In this document: piece after piece, positions 13,986 to 27,996 of the stretch
Layout of the letters: each line of letters starts with the position of its first letter
Numbering within the stretch: position 1 is the first letter of the stretch
Assembly (NCBI GenBank): GCA_951406725.2
Contig: OX597824.1
Span: forward strand, 49,042,001-49,106,000
Direction: 5' to 3'
Length of the DNA: 64,000 nt
Source of the DNA: Octopus vulgaris
Lineage: Eukaryota
Notes under the pieces: generated by a model
Database searches by the model: none
What the model was told of the DNA's origin: nothing
The model's input: only the letters and a program-made list of their open reading frames with translations
Made by a program: the position numbers and the translations under genes

Positions 13986-14512
13986 AATCATCATCATCAT
14001 AATAATGATAATAATAATCATGTCTACTATAGGCACAAGGCCTGAAATTTGGTAGGAGAGGGCTAGTTGATTCTAGTGCTCAGAAAGGACGAAAGGCAAA
14101 GGTGACCTTGGCAGAATTTGAGCTCAGAACATAAAGATGAGTGAAATACTGCTAAGCATTTAGTCCAGCATGATAACAATTCTGCCTTCTTGCTGCCTTC
14201 TTCTTCTTCTTATGTTGCCTTGTAGTAGTAATAATAATAACAATGATACAGGTAATAGACTGCAATAGATCAGAAATGCCTGATTGTTAATGATCTCCCT
14301 TATAATTTCTCTTCATTCTTCCAATTTCATTACTACACAATTTTCAATGGTCCTCAGGAGATCCATATATATTTATGTGTACATTATAGTAATAATATTA
14401 TGCAGTACAGTGTGTGTGTGTGTGTGTGTGTGTGTGAAGGAAAGAAACAAAATTTAAGCAAGTTATTAGACTTACATGACATCTATTTCACTTAAGCATT
14501 CTTCTTTTCCAG

Positions 14513-14620
14513 ATGTTTCCGGTGAACGTATCTGGCAGGAGTTAAAGAGGATTGTGAATGGACCCCTTACTGCTGATATGATGTCCACAATGTTTCATCT
14601 GGGGGTACTTAGCTATATTG
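14513..14620 (+). CDS. TRNT1: CCA tRNA nucleotidyltransferase 1, internal exon
   Basis: ttttccag|...|gtaagt; (N)VSGERIWQELKRIVNGPLTADMMSTMFHLGVLSYI(G) contains the class II CCA-enzyme SGERIWxEL motif; 108 bp, phase 1-1. Confidence 0.95.
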
Positions 14621-15003
14621 GTAAGTTTTGTATTTATGTATTTTAATTTTAGTGATACTTACAAACCAAACTTTCATAACACATCCTGCACAATAATTAA
14701 TATTTTATTCCACTAATAAACTAATCTATCTTTACCTCTTGATTTGAGAACCAATAATGTCTCTCTAATACTATAGACCAGCTTCCTATAAATTTGTAGA
14801 ATGATGCACAAATTAGTTGCATCCCATATTCTTTATAGGTTCAAGCAAGAGTGGATGGTTAGGAAGATCACTTCAAACCATGTGGTTTTAGGTTCAGTCC
14901 CATTGCACGGCACTTTGGCCAAGTGTTTTCTGCTCTAGCCCTAAGCCAACCAATGCCTAGTGGGTGAATTTGGTAGCCGGAAACTGTGGAAGTCTATTGT
15001 GTG

Positions 15004-15037
<34 letters not shown>

Positions 15038-15984
15038 CGTATGTGTGTTTATATGCCTTGAAGAATTTTTAGTTGAATGTATTGACCTCAGTATTTACTT
15101 TTTTAAAGCCTGGCAATTATTCTATCAGTCTCTTTTGCTGAACTGCTAAGTTACAGAGATGTGAACATAGCAGCAATAGTAACCATGCAGTGGGATCAGG
15201 GAGAAACAAAGACACACACACACACACACACACATATATGATGGGCTTCTTTCAGTTTCCATCTACCAGATCCGCTCACAAGGTTTTGGTCAGCCCAAGG
15301 CTATAGTAGAAAACACCCAAGGTGCCACACACTGAACCCTGAACTATGTGGTTGAAAATCAGGCTTCTTAACACAGCCATGCCTGCACCTATATATGTGT
15401 GCATGTCTTTGTGTTCGTCCCCTCACTGCTTGATGACCAGTGTTGGTTTGTTTACATCCTCATGACAGATTGAGTGATGCATTTTCAGCTTAGACTGGCT
15501 CAAGGCATATCCAGGGTACTGTACCTTTATGTTATTCCTTTATTATTGACTTGACATAGATCTACTTGAGCACAGCTGACAGGGGTTTCTTAGTTATATA
15601 TTTAGAGTTACTTTTAACCCTTTAGCACTCAGTTTATTCTGTCAAATTTAATGACTTTTTATTCACCTTGCTTTGAATTAATCATGCATTATCTTGTAGC
15701 TTCAAGATTTCAATGATTGATTGTATATTTCTAGAATGACATTATAGAGTAGGTGTCAGAGGCTAGATCTAACCACCTCGAGCCTAAAACATGTAGAATA
15801 TTTGGGCCTGATATAGCCAGTTTAAATGTTAAAGAGTGTAGGTTCATGATGTGTCCAAATTCACAACTTGGTATGCATTGCTCTATCATTTTCCTGTCAG
15901 TAATAAATTTACAATACATATTAACTAGAAAAATATGTTGTTTATCTAAGCAGAGTTAAGAACTAGAATAGTTGTATATATATA

Positions 15985-16830
15985 CTAGCAGCATAGCCCG
16001 GCGTTTCCCGGGTATGAAAGAAACTTTGTCGATAAGCAATGCCCTTTACCTTTTTACCCCTTTTTATACTCATTGAACCGTTATTTTGTAAATAACAAAA
16101 GTCAGTTTTGTAGGGTTCGCATGGTCGGTCTCAAAGTGATATGGTTTTGTTGATTTCTCCCAATACTTGTTAACTGCATTGACAGAGGTCGTTAGTTTGA
16201 CATTTAATGCAAACTTGATGTCCAACATCAGTGTAAGGAAAATCTATGTGAACTTTCAAAAATTATCGCAGAAAAATCGGTTTGCTATGTGTGCCACATA
16301 TGATGTAATTAACCGATTTTTTTCCAGTAATAACGTATCCTATTGGAATCAAAAGGGCCATATAGCTCCTTGGAGCAGACATGATGCTCGCTGGGAATTT
16401 AAAAAAAAATTCCTGCCATTTTGTTAAAGATATTGTCGAAAATATGTCATCTTGAATTTGAATGCGATTTCCCAAAATGGCATGATTTTATCGATTTTTT
16501 CTGATGGTAAGGTATTGCATGGAAAACTAACGTCAGAATTAAGCTTCACCATGAGTTTGTGAAAATCGATTGCAAGTTGCGAAAACTACAACGGAAAATG
16601 TGTTGCATATGATAAGCTTAGATTCTCGACCCCATGTCGAATTTATCGATTTTTTCAGAACTGGGGGAACTTTTCAAACTTTTCGCTGCGTTAGTTTTGA
16701 ATTATGACATTGGGCTATGTGTGTGTCAAGTTTCATCAGAATCTGTTGAAAGCCGTAGTCAGGGTGAGGGTACAACCTGACAGACACACAGACACACAGA
16801 CAGACAAACTGCCTTTTATATATATAGAGA
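15985..16830 (-). mobile_element. Non-autonomous Helitron with intact termini (846 bp)
   Basis: Minus strand: host A|TCTCTATATATATAAAAGG... at 5', then hairpin CCCGGGAAACGCCGGG, then CTAG|T host; no TSD; CpGs retained relative to flanks. Confidence 0.8.
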
Positions 16831-17028
16831 TATATCCCATAAAATGCCTTTGTTTTTGTTTTTTCACTTTGCACTAATTTCTATCTGTAATTCATAAGTG
16901 TAGCCACTATAAGTTAGAAATCTCTCTCCTCATAACAGCTTCAAAACTAATAAGTAAAATTTATGTCAACATTTTTTCTTTATTTTATTTAATTTCCTTT
17001 TATGTATTTTTTACCCCATCTTTTTCAG

Positions 17029-17141
17029 GATTGCCCAAGACAAGTAATATTACAGAATTCCAAAATGTATGTGATAATTGCCAGCAACTGTCACCATCAC
17101 CAATAACTTTAATTACTGCATTGTTAGAAACAAACAAGGAG
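17029..17141 (+). CDS. TRNT1: CCA tRNA nucleotidyltransferase 1, internal exon
   Basis: tttttcag|...|gtaagt; (G)LPKTSNITEFQNVCDNCQQLSPSPITLITALLETNKE aligns with TRNT1 GLPANASLEEF...SPKPVTLLASLF; phase 1-0. Confidence 0.92.
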
Positions 17142-19997
17142 GTAAGTTACTCCCAACAAGTTACTTCATTTAAGACATATGTAGTCACTCTTACCATCAC
17201 CTCTTCTTTTAATTCCTCTGTAGTTTTTATTCACAAACTATGCAAGGCATTTGACAGCTAAAAACAAGATATATTTCTGAATTCATAGTGTGATTAACAG
17301 TAGAAAGGTCTCTAGTTTTAATGAACCCCACTAAACATTTCAAAATCATTTTACTCGTATTAGATTGAAAAACAGATACAAAACAATGATTAAATAAAGT
17401 TTTGATTATCCTCACCAGCTTATTAAGCCAGTATTTAGTTCCAGATTTACTGAGTGGTAAAAACATTTGTCTGGTGTACAATATATTAGTTTCAACTCTT
17501 TTGGCAGGTTTTACATTACAAGGCTTCATATATTTGCTTGGCTTTTGTCAAAGGTTTTCAGTCTTAAGTATATCAAAACTAGGGCTGCATGAAAATATTT
17601 CAGGAAGAATTCTCTATACTCTATACAGACACAGTACAGTCTCACCTATGTAATATAATGTGTTGAAAAACTTAGACTGACGAAGATTTTCTATGCAATT
17701 AGTGAAGAAACACTGCTTCTGTGTGTGTTTAAAAAAAAAAAAGTAACGGTAAGCAAGGGAGATAACTCCGAAAGATTATGTTAATTGAAAACTAGTCTTT
17801 CAATGGTTAAAGCAACAGATATGTTTCATTGCTGTTAAACCTCCTCAGCAGATCATATTCTGCTCATTTAATAAGACTGAGAGTGATCTATGTATAAAGG
17901 GAATATAATTATGTTGATGTATATTAACTATATAGTTGAGTGGAAGCAATTAGTTATGAAAAACTCCTTAAAAAGGTATTTAAAATCTAAAACCAAGAAA
18001 GTGGGTAGTTGATCTAAATTTTTTGAGATTGGAGTGGACCTGCTGATCTTCAATACTATCAGCTGATGAAGACAACATGTTTCAGCCTTATTAGACTTCC
18101 TCATCATCATCATTATCATTATTCCATGTCCATCTTCCATGCTGGATGGTTTGACAGAATACAGCAAGCCATAGAATTGTGTTGAACTCCACTGACTTCT
18201 TTGGCATGGTTTCTATGGCTAGATGCCCTTTCTAATGCCAGCCACTTTACACAGTGTAATGGGTGCTTTTACGTTTTTGTAGCACCAGCACTAGTAAGGT
18301 CACCATGTAACTCACAAGACAAGGCTCCTTGATTTAGTGGAGGTGTAATATTGAGAGAGGTGGCTTTGTGCCAGGTGTTAAGAAACAAAAGTATGATCGA
18401 GGGACAGGTACAGGATCTTCAGGTGTCTTTTTGTAATGATGATACTAGACTACCTGAACTGGAAAGAGAGAACATATGGTGGTTACGAGGTGTTGGGGCG
18501 TACCTTTAAGGTACAAATATAATAAAGAAAAGAGACAGGAAGGGTTGGTAAGTTCACGAGTGTGAAAGAGGAGTAACAGATGATTAGAGACTGGCATAGA
18601 GGTGACTGCAGTAGATGGTGAACACAGGTGGAAGTATAGTCAGTAGTGAATATCAGTTTGGGTTGGGGGAAAGTGAAGGAAAGAGGAGTGAATCGAGGTG
18701 GAGGAGGTGCTAAGTGGCAATACAAGAGAGAGTGTAGGGAGAAGCAGTATGATAAAACTATAGAGAGATGAGAAATAAAGAAATGATGTGGAAGAAGAAG
18801 AAGGGTAAGAGAGGGATTGCAGAATTTTCAGATTTTTGTGTCCTTGTTCACGAAATTTATTTCTTTAGCTCTCTCTGTAAAGTGGTTGGCATTAGAAGGC
18901 ATCCAGCTGTAAAACCCATGCCAAAGCAGACAGTGGAGCTTGGTGCAGTCGCTAGTTTACCAGTTACTGTCAAACCATCCAACCCATTACCAGCATGGGA
19001 GAGATATTAAATCATAATGATGCAAAATATTTAATGTTAAATGTATTTGATAAAGACCTGACATTGATAAAGGCAATAATGGCACCTCCTGGTTTGTCAT
19101 TGTCATTGTTGCTGTCAATGTTTTGTTTTGTTTTTTTGCATAGTTTTATGGATTATTTGTAAATGTTATTGTGTGTGTGTTTAGTAGAGTTTGTGTATCG
19201 TGAAAACTTTATAAGGCACTAGTTACCTTCTGTAATGGTTTAAAAGCCACTTTGTGTGGAGTTTTAGCTTCTGTCAGTCTCTTAACAGTGCTCACACTTG
19301 CTGAGAGAAATATTTCCACTGAAAATTTATTGTTTGACCAGTATTTTAGCTCTGACTTTACTGTCTGCTTTCCTGACATTATATTCAACATTAGTATAAA
19401 CTATTTTTGAAGACAGTAGGCTGGTGTTTTAGGAAGATTTTTCTTCAATTTCTTGGCTGTTCAACAAGTATGTAAAGACTTCCTTGCTAATTAAAATGGT
19501 TGTATGTACTGCTTATGCAGCTCCCTTTGTGAATTTAGCCGAAGTAATTAATGTTGTGCTAATAGTAGTAATATGTATAACAAATGTTTATTTATTATTG
19601 AACTTCTTTATAACGTGACTGACTAGATTTTTTGCTGCACTGCAACAATCTATGTCTCATACTTTATTTTTTAAAGCAAGTGGTGAACAATAATGTTGTC
19701 AATTAGTTTTCTAAAAAGGCTTATCACTAGATTACTGTGTTTATGACGAGTGTCTGTATTTTGGTACAAAACAAACAGCACAAAAGATTACTTCATATGG
19801 GATGAGGTGGTGCAGTATGATCTTCAGATGTTCAGTCTTATGGAGGCAAATGACAAGTGACATACTTTTCGCAATTTGCTGCCAAGTGAAATTGTAGTCA
19901 TGGCCATGGCCAGTGCCAGTGACACACAAAAGGCGTCTGTGCCAGTGAGACGTAAAAGGCACTTGTGCCAGTGGCACATAAAAGGCACCCACTGCAT

Positions 19998-20256
19998 CAG
20001 TGGTTCTTAACTTTTTTCACCATCTTACTCCCTGAGGCTCTCCAACGTATTACTCTGACCCCTATGATAAATTTTGTAATGGTCTTGAAACACAAAGTGC
20101 TGCAGGATTCACAGAGCAAGAGTGAAGCACATACAGTCATGACACCACTAGCAGCTGCAATACATGACACAGCAATACAATCCCTCAAATATATGAAATA
20201 AATTATTTCCTCCCAAACCCTCCATGACTCCCCTCCCCCCAGTTTAAGATCAACTG
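19998..20256. mobile_element. hAT-type MITE nested in an RTE 3' UTR
   Basis: TIRs cagtggttcttaac / gtttaagatcaactg; imperfect 8-bp TSD cactgcat (19990) / cactatat (20257); the RTE 3' UTR resumes after it. Confidence 0.7.
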
Positions 20257-20779
20257 CACTATATTCTATGGAGTAGTTAGCATTAGGAAAGGCATCCAGC
20301 TGTAGCAACCAAGCCAAAAACAGACTGGTGCCTGTGCAATTCTCCAGCTTGTCAGTTCCAGTGAAACCATCTAACCCATGCCAACATGAAAAACAGAAGC
20401 TAAATAATAGTGATGATGATCATCATCATCATTGTCAACAACAACAAAGAGCATTTGCCATTGTTTGCATCCTTTGCAAATGCACATCAGCAGTGAACCG
20501 CCAGCAGTTTCCATCTACCAAATTCCATTCACAAAATATTTATTGGACAACCCAAGGTTATGATAGAAGCTACATGTTCACGGTACCATTCCTCTGGATT
20601 GAACTTGGAATAACATGGCTGGAATGAGAATGATTTCTTAACCACACAGCCATAGAGTCTTGCAAAAAACTTATGGATACTGTTGACCTTCTTAGATAAA
20701 GACATCCATATTTACTCTGATTACAAGACCTTTATGTTTATTTGGAAGCTCTGCAAGTTAGAAATAACCAAAGACCATA

Positions 20780-21680
20780 GAAATTTATTATGGAACTCAA
20801 AATATCTGATGAGGTAGGATACATGATGACCACCTGGATAGATAATCAGGTTATACAAGATGGCATCTTACCCAATGGCTGGTGTAGCAGTATCATTGTA
20901 AACTGCTATAAAAGCAAAGGAGACGGCTTAGAAAGAAGCAATTATAGAAAAATCAAACCACAGGATCAAGTTATGAAGGACATGGAGAAAGTCATAACAC
21001 AATTGATTCATGGCAAAGTAGCCCTAGATGAAATGCAATTTGGCTTTGTGCTTGGGGAAGGTACCATGGATGTAATCTTCCTAAGAAGGCAACTGCAGGA
21101 AAAATACTTGGCTAAAAGTAAACCACTATTCCAGGCACTCACTGATTTTGAGAAGGCATTTGGTTGCATTTAGTGGTCTGTAAGGAAACTAGATGTAGAC
21201 AAGTGGCTCATGGTTGTGTAAGCTACAGTCAAAGATGCAGTGAGTAAAGTGAGAGCCAACGATTTCAGTGAATTTAGCATGAGGATAGAAGTCTATCAAT
21301 GCTCAGCCCTCAGTTCTCATTTATTCATCATATTCCTACAGGCCATCACAGGAGTTTTATACTGGCAGTCTATTGGAATTCCTATCGGCTGATGATCAAT
21401 TTCTCATTGCTCTATAGGGAAATAGAAGGAATTCCAGGTATAGAAGCTAAACCTGGAATTGAGAGGCTTCAAGGTAAACTTATCAAAGATTTAGGTGGGA
21501 AAGAAGACAGGACCCTGGTATCTTCAGGGAAATGGTATCGTTCAATATACAAAAAGGGAGTGGGTATAAATTCCATATGTTGTACCCAATATAAGCTATA
21601 GACACCTAAGAGTTGTAGTGGAATCACAAGCATGGGAGTGTAAGTGCAAAAAGCACTTATACTACCATGTGAATGACTAT
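20780..21680 (+). mobile_element. RTE LINE RT fragment, degraded
   Basis: WCSSIIVNCYKSKGD..RSNYR, QFGFVLGEGTMDVIF..RQLQEKY, DFEKAF. Confidence 0.85.
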
Positions 21681-24512
21681 GCATTGTGATAGCCAGTACT
21701 GAGATCTGGAAATATGGGGGTGGGTATGTATTTCTTTTTATCTTTATGTTGTTTCAGTCCTTGGACTGTGGCTATGCTGGGGCACAACTTTAAAGGGCTA
21801 GTCAAACAAATTGATCTTAGTATTTTATTTTTAAATCTGGAATTTATTGTTGGTCTCAAAAGAGGCCACCAAAACCACTAAGTTATGGGGTCGTAAACAA
21901 ACCAACACTGGTTGACTGGTTGTCAAACAATGGTTGGGGACTCATATATGTGTGAGAGAGAGAGAGAGAGAGATAGGTTTCTTTCAGTTTTCATCTACCA
22001 AATCCACTCACAAGGCTCTTGTTGGCCTGAGGCTATAGTAAAAGACACTAGCCCAAGATGCTATGCAGTGGGACTTATCTCAGAACTATGTGGTTGGGAA
22101 ACAAAATTCTTACCACATATCCATAGTCTAGTCAGAAACTTTTCATTTGTCTATAATACAATGTGCATTAATGCTAATATCTTGGTGTTATTAAAAATGA
22201 CTGATTGAAGAGTATGTATTAAGTACAGAAGAAACTTCTCCGTTATCTCTCATTGGTCATTGCTGTGATCATACTGAATACACTAAGTACCTAAATATAC
22301 CCTTACAACTGGTGTTACAGATATTTTACTGTAATCAAGCCAACTTCTTAAGAAAATGTACTGGGTATTTATTTGTAGACCTTACAAATCATCATTTGTC
22401 CTATTTCCATGCTGGTATGGGGTAGACAGGAGCTGTCTAGGCAAAAGACTGCACCAGACTTCTGGTTTTCACGGCTGGATGCCCCTCTTAACACTAACTG
22501 CCTTGCAGAGTCAACTGAATGCTTTTTATGTGACACCAGCACAGGCAAGGTCAGTTTTGGCATGGTTTTTACAGCTTGCCCTTCCAAATGCCAACTACTT
22601 TACAGTGTGGGCAGATGGGTGTTTTTTTATATGGCACCACCACTGGCAGGGTTACCAAGTAACTTGCAAGACAAGGAATCTTTGAGAGGGGAAGGGGCAT
22701 TGGAGGAGGTGATCTTGTGTCAGATGATGAAAGACAGAAACAGGTGTCTTGCTGTAGAGAAGGTACATGATTACCCAGCCAGAGAGAGAGAGAGTGTGTG
22801 TGTGTGTGTGTATTAACAATATTAAACCTGAAGAATTATGGACAGTTAAAATGTTTGAATGTCTATAAAAATTCACCAAAATGTAATGGGTGCCCTATCA
22901 TCAGAAGAAAACTTATTGCCAAATCTGAATTAAATCATTTATATCCAAACTCCAACATTTATTTTGCAATGCTTGAAGTAGTATCTGAGATGTAGATATT
23001 TACATACAGAAGTATGTTTCCATACTGATTTTTACAAAACTAGAACTAAACCATCATCGTTTAGCATCCTCTTTCCATGGAGCTAGATAGCAGGGGTCTG
23101 TTGTGGAAGGGTTTCTATAGCTGGATGCCCTAATGCTAACCGCTTAACAAAGTGCCGGGTGCTTTTTATGTAGCACCAGCACCTGAAAGGACAAGCCTAT
23201 GTGTGGAAGACAGTGATTTTACTTAGCTTGACACATCTTATCAAGTACAGCAAATTGCTACATCTCCCAGTCCCTTGTCATTCATTAAAAATGATTCAAA
23301 ACAAGCAAAGTGTGAACAGATCATCAAGTTTCACTATTTCTAAATGCATTTCTGAATACCAATATGAAGACACAAACAAGGTGGCGAGCTGGCAGAACTA
23401 TTAATGCTTAGTGGTATTTCGTCCATTCTGAGTTCAAATTCAGCTGAAGTTGACTTTGCCTTTTGTCCTTTACAGGGTTAATAAAATGAGAACCAGTTGA
23501 GCACTGGGATTGATTTAATCAAATTATCATGCCTCCCCCCCTCCACCGAAATTGCTGGCCTTGTGCCAAAATTTGAAACCAATATGAAGAACATTCAATC
23601 AAAACAAGATTAACCAGAATCCAGAAGCAGTCAGGAACTATAACCTTTATCTCGAGAGAGTGAACCAGTTCACTTAACTGACAATAAATATAGTAATGCT
23701 TGTCAACACAGGCAGAAGCAAATCTTGCATTAGGAAAAATCTATCAACATTTATGGAACAGTAATTTTTATTGAAGACAAGGTTTACAAAGTAGAATTAC
23801 CGTCAGCCTATTTGTACGGTTTGGAATCATGAACTTTATACCAAACATAAGAGAAAATGCTACTTATGGACATGACCCAACAACCAACTCAAAATTATCA
23901 TGAAAATATGCTGGCTTGAAAAAGTAAATCATGTGCATGCATGTGTATGTATATATGGTGTGTGACTTAGTAGTTAGGGTATTTGGCTTATGATCATAAG
24001 GTCGTGAGTTCGATTCCTGGCCTCACGTCATGTCCTTGAGCAAGGCACTTTATTTCACATTTTCCCAGCCCACTAAGCAGACAAAAATGAATAGGACCTG
24101 TATTTCAAAGGGTCAGCCATGTCACATTTTGTGTCATACTAAACCTAAGAACTATGTTAAGAGTACATATGCCTGTAGAGTGCTCAGCTACTTGCACATT
24201 AATTTCATGATCAAGCTGTTCCATTGATTGGATCAACTGGAACACTGACCATCATAACCGATGAAGTACCAAGAATATATGTGTGTGTGTGTATAATATA
24301 GCTAGAGTTATAATCCAAGCTGTTTCCTCTTGAAGCACATTTGCTTATTCTAGTACTTTTAAGTCATATGTAGATATTATTTTTGTTTGAAGTATGCATA
24401 AAAGATACTGCAAAATATATCTTTTGCAGAGTAATTGCATATCAAAACAGATTGAAAAAAAAAAAAAGGCGAATAAATACCAAAAATTTTTTCCAATTTC
24501 CTGTTTTGATAT

Positions 24513-24960
24513 ATAATAATAATAATAATTGTGTACAGTGCTCAGGTGCACTACAACTCATCTAAAGTGTATATATAATCAGGTGAAGTTTCGGAAAGCA
24601 TGAGGGCCTTAAAAGATGCAGTGTCATGGCAGTCAACAACTGACGCAGGCAGTTTATTCCATGCTTCAGCAACTCTGAGCGTGAAAAAATGTTTCCGAAA
24701 GTCATGGGAGCTGTATTGTTTTCTGACTTTGTAGGCATGTCCACGTGTGTTAGACACATGGAGATCAAAAAGGTGTTCAGTGTTGTTGTTGGTGAGGTGG
24801 TTGATAACTTTGTGGGTGTTTACCAAGTCCGTCGCCAAACGCCGGAGCTTCAGTGAATCCATGCCCAGGGAAACAAGGCGCTCAGAATATGGTAGGTGTC
24901 TGATGGAGGGTATGCGTTTGGTTGCACATCTCTGGACAGATTCCAGGAGGTCAATGTTCT
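24513..24960 (-). mobile_element. CR1-like LINE 3' fragment
   Basis: LESVQRCATKRI..LPYSERL..LGMDSLKLRRL..NTRGHAYK..FFTLRVAEAWNKLP; (ATT)n tail at about 24513. Confidence 0.88.
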
Positions 24961-26090
24961 GTATACAAACAGGATTCAATAAAATATCTAACAGACCACC
25001 CATATGCAACAAAAATTTTATCTAAATACAACTGAAATTATATGATGAACAAAAAAAGTATCACTATAAGTCATATTAATTCACCTTCATTTCAAGAATC
25101 TCTGCTATATACAATTTGAGCCAACCAATGAACTTTCATGATGATTTAATATGCTAAAACTAGCAGCTACATCTCTCCTAAATTACACTCAACTATCTAT
25201 ACAATAGGAGCAATAAATATACTGGTCCACTCAGTCATGGTTGATCTAGGTCTAAACAACATCAGTAAATTACATAAAGTTTTATATTTTGGAGAGGTTT
25301 TTTCTTTTGTAGTTTTTTTATAACGTTGTTTTCATGTCTTCTATCTCTAGAACATTTTTGCTGTTTCCACCATCCTCTTGCATGGATTTGTTAACCTCTT
25401 AACACTAGCCTGTTGTTTCAGTAGTTAATAAGTACACATCAAAGCGTCATGCAATGTCACATGCTATTTTGCAAAAATAAGCATTGCCAAATGTTAATAT
25501 AATAGTAAGTCTCAGAATGAGAGGTTAGTAAATAAATTTTGAAAATGAGATGCATGTTTTAGTTGAGAGGATAAAGGATTTAGAGAAATTTGGTGGTAGA
25601 TCTGGGGTGAGCAAGCTGTAGTTGTGAGACTAAGTGGGGTATACATATGTAGGGTTTACTTTGTAATGAGATATAATCAACATAACATGGCTCTTGTTAT
25701 TGTAAAGAAACACCATTTAAACAGAACTTTTAGAAACAGCAATACTCTACAGTATGTTTGTGACTGTGTGAAGTGTTCCAGAGTAGTCATAACTGTGATA
25801 GCTAATATACATGTGAGTATGTGTAAAATACAGAATGTTTTATGTATTCCTCTTTTGTTGTGATAGCCAACCTATTTTGCGACCTAGTTTTTGTTGTTAG
25901 TATCAATAGAAAATTACTTAAAACAATTCTCATTTCTCCCTCAAGTCAATAGGGTTGATCAAACACCTATCAATGATTATGGAATGAACTATATTTATCA
26001 CAGGTGTGAGATATAGCTAGTGCACTCCTTTTTACTTCATACACATGTAGGAAAAACAAAATATTTTACCTTTCAAAGCCTAAATGCAAC

Positions 26091-26313
26091 TTAACCCTTT
26101 AGCATTCAGATTACTCGTCATATGTAATGCTTATTTATTCACATTGTTTTGAATTAATCATGCATTATCTTGTAGCTAAGACTTTCCAGGATGTGATTGC
26201 TTAGTTTTAGAATGACATTGTAAAATAGGTGTGAAAGGCCAGATATGACCAGTTTTAACATAAAACTAGAATATTTAGGCCAGATATGGCAGGTTTGAAT
26301 GCTAAAGGATTAA
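26091..26313. mobile_element. TTAA-flanked MITE (piggyBac-like termini), multicopy
   Basis: ttaa|ccctttagcattc ... gaatgctaaagga|ttaa; related copies at about 15614-15835, 26458-26672, 54201-54364 and 56282-56506. Confidence 0.75.
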
Positions 26314-27600
26314 GGGAGCTCTTGTGAGTCTAGCATTATTGCCAAGGCATAGAAGCACCACCATCCACCACCTCACTAAGACAAAGCACGTTACAATAAA
26401 AATCAATTTTCTTAGCTTTGATTCATTAGATTTATAACCTCCAGATAAGGGAATGCTTTAACATTCAGGACTCTTGAATATTTATTTACATTGTTTTCAG
26501 TTAAAAATGCATTATCTTGTAGCTAAGAGATTTTCATATGACAGCTTATTTTGAGAATGACATTGTAGGATAGGTGTGGAAGGCTAGATTTGACTGTCAT
26601 CAGCATGCCCGTGTGAGATCTCTATTGTAAAAAACTTGCGCTGGATATGGTCAGTTTAAATATTAAAAGATTGTGAATCTCATTGTTTATTCATGCAATG
26701 GTTATATTTCAAGCTATATGGCAGATTTAGTCCAGTTTGAATGCTGCAGTGAGTGTTCATTTCACACCTATTTATCCATGCTAGCATGGGTTAGACAATA
26801 TATTATTCAAGCAGTTTTAGAACCAGATGCCCCTTCTAACTGTTCACCCTTATTTTTCAAGCAAGTGATTTCTTATTTCACAAATCTTTGAAGACACAAA
26901 GTAGACAATTTGTTAACTGGAGAAATGACAAAAACAAGACTATTCAGTTTTTGACCTTATTAGAGCACAAATACACACATATATGATGGCATCTTCTGTT
27001 GAAAATGACATAAGTGTTCAGTTTTTTGCTGAACGACCTGCACAAATAATTTGTTCACAGTGATCAAATGTACATGCTGTACATTAAGCTCACTCCTATC
27101 AATTGAGATTGCCTCAACAGGTGCACAGTGCACCACATTTGAGGATATCAAAGTGATTGCAGAGCAACATGAGATGAAGCGTTCTGCTCAAGAACACATT
27201 TCCCAGCCCTGTCAACCAAATTCACATGGTTAGCCTGGAGCTGAAGCAGTAGAGACTTGTCCAAAGTATAGCGGAACTGAAAACCATGTGATCCTTAACC
27301 ATACAGCCATGCATGCATGTTATCTGTAGTATTTATTGTAGTTAATATATTTATTCATACCTTATCATAATTATTTACTACTAGTCTTCCTACAGTCAAG
27401 TGGTTGTTAGTTTCATTTAACTTTTAATACAAATTTTAGGCCAGATGGCAGGTTTGAATGCCATACTAGCATTATATAAGAAAAAATTTGAAGTTTCATT
27501 GGCATAATTATAGAGAAATCTTTGCTTCATTAAAACTTTTCAATAATCTAAATTCTTACATTTATCTCTTTCACTTTCAATTGAACAAATTTCATTACAG

Positions 27601-27996
27601 CTGTTGAATTTCCAAAGTCGTGTAAAAATCTCAACTGATGAGCTCCGACAAGGGACATTTATTATCCAGCAACGAAACAAACTGAACGCTACAGATGATA
27701 CCATTAGCTATTGTCAGCAGTTACTAATGGACAGAAAAGAACATAATATCAAATCTTACATCAAAGAACTACTGAAATACAATGGTAAACATGAAGTATT
27801 AAAGAATTTTGACCATTGGGATCCACCGAAATTTCCTGTTTCTGGCTATGATTTGCTAGCGCGCAATATTCCAAAAGGATCACTTTTTCAGAAAATTATT
27901 TCCAAATTGAAATGTATTTGGAAAGAAAGTAATTACTCTATGAAAAAAGATGACCTACTTGATATGGTTGAGCAAATTTTAGAAAATTTAAAATAA
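27601..27996 (+). CDS. TRNT1: CCA tRNA nucleotidyltransferase 1, last coding exon with TAA stop
   Basis: ttacag| acceptor in phase 0; LLNFQSRVKIS...ELLKYNG...WDPPKFPVSGYDL...WKESNYSMKKDDLL matches the TRNT1 C-terminus (ELLKYQG, PFPVSGHD, WKKSGY). Confidence 0.95.
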   Translation: MLNFQSRVKISTDELRQGTFIIQQRNKLNATDDTISYCQQLLMDRKEHNIKSYIKELLKYNGKHEVLKNFDHWDPPKFPVSGYDLLARNIPKGSLFQKIISKLKCIWKESNYSMKKDDLLDMVEQILENLK

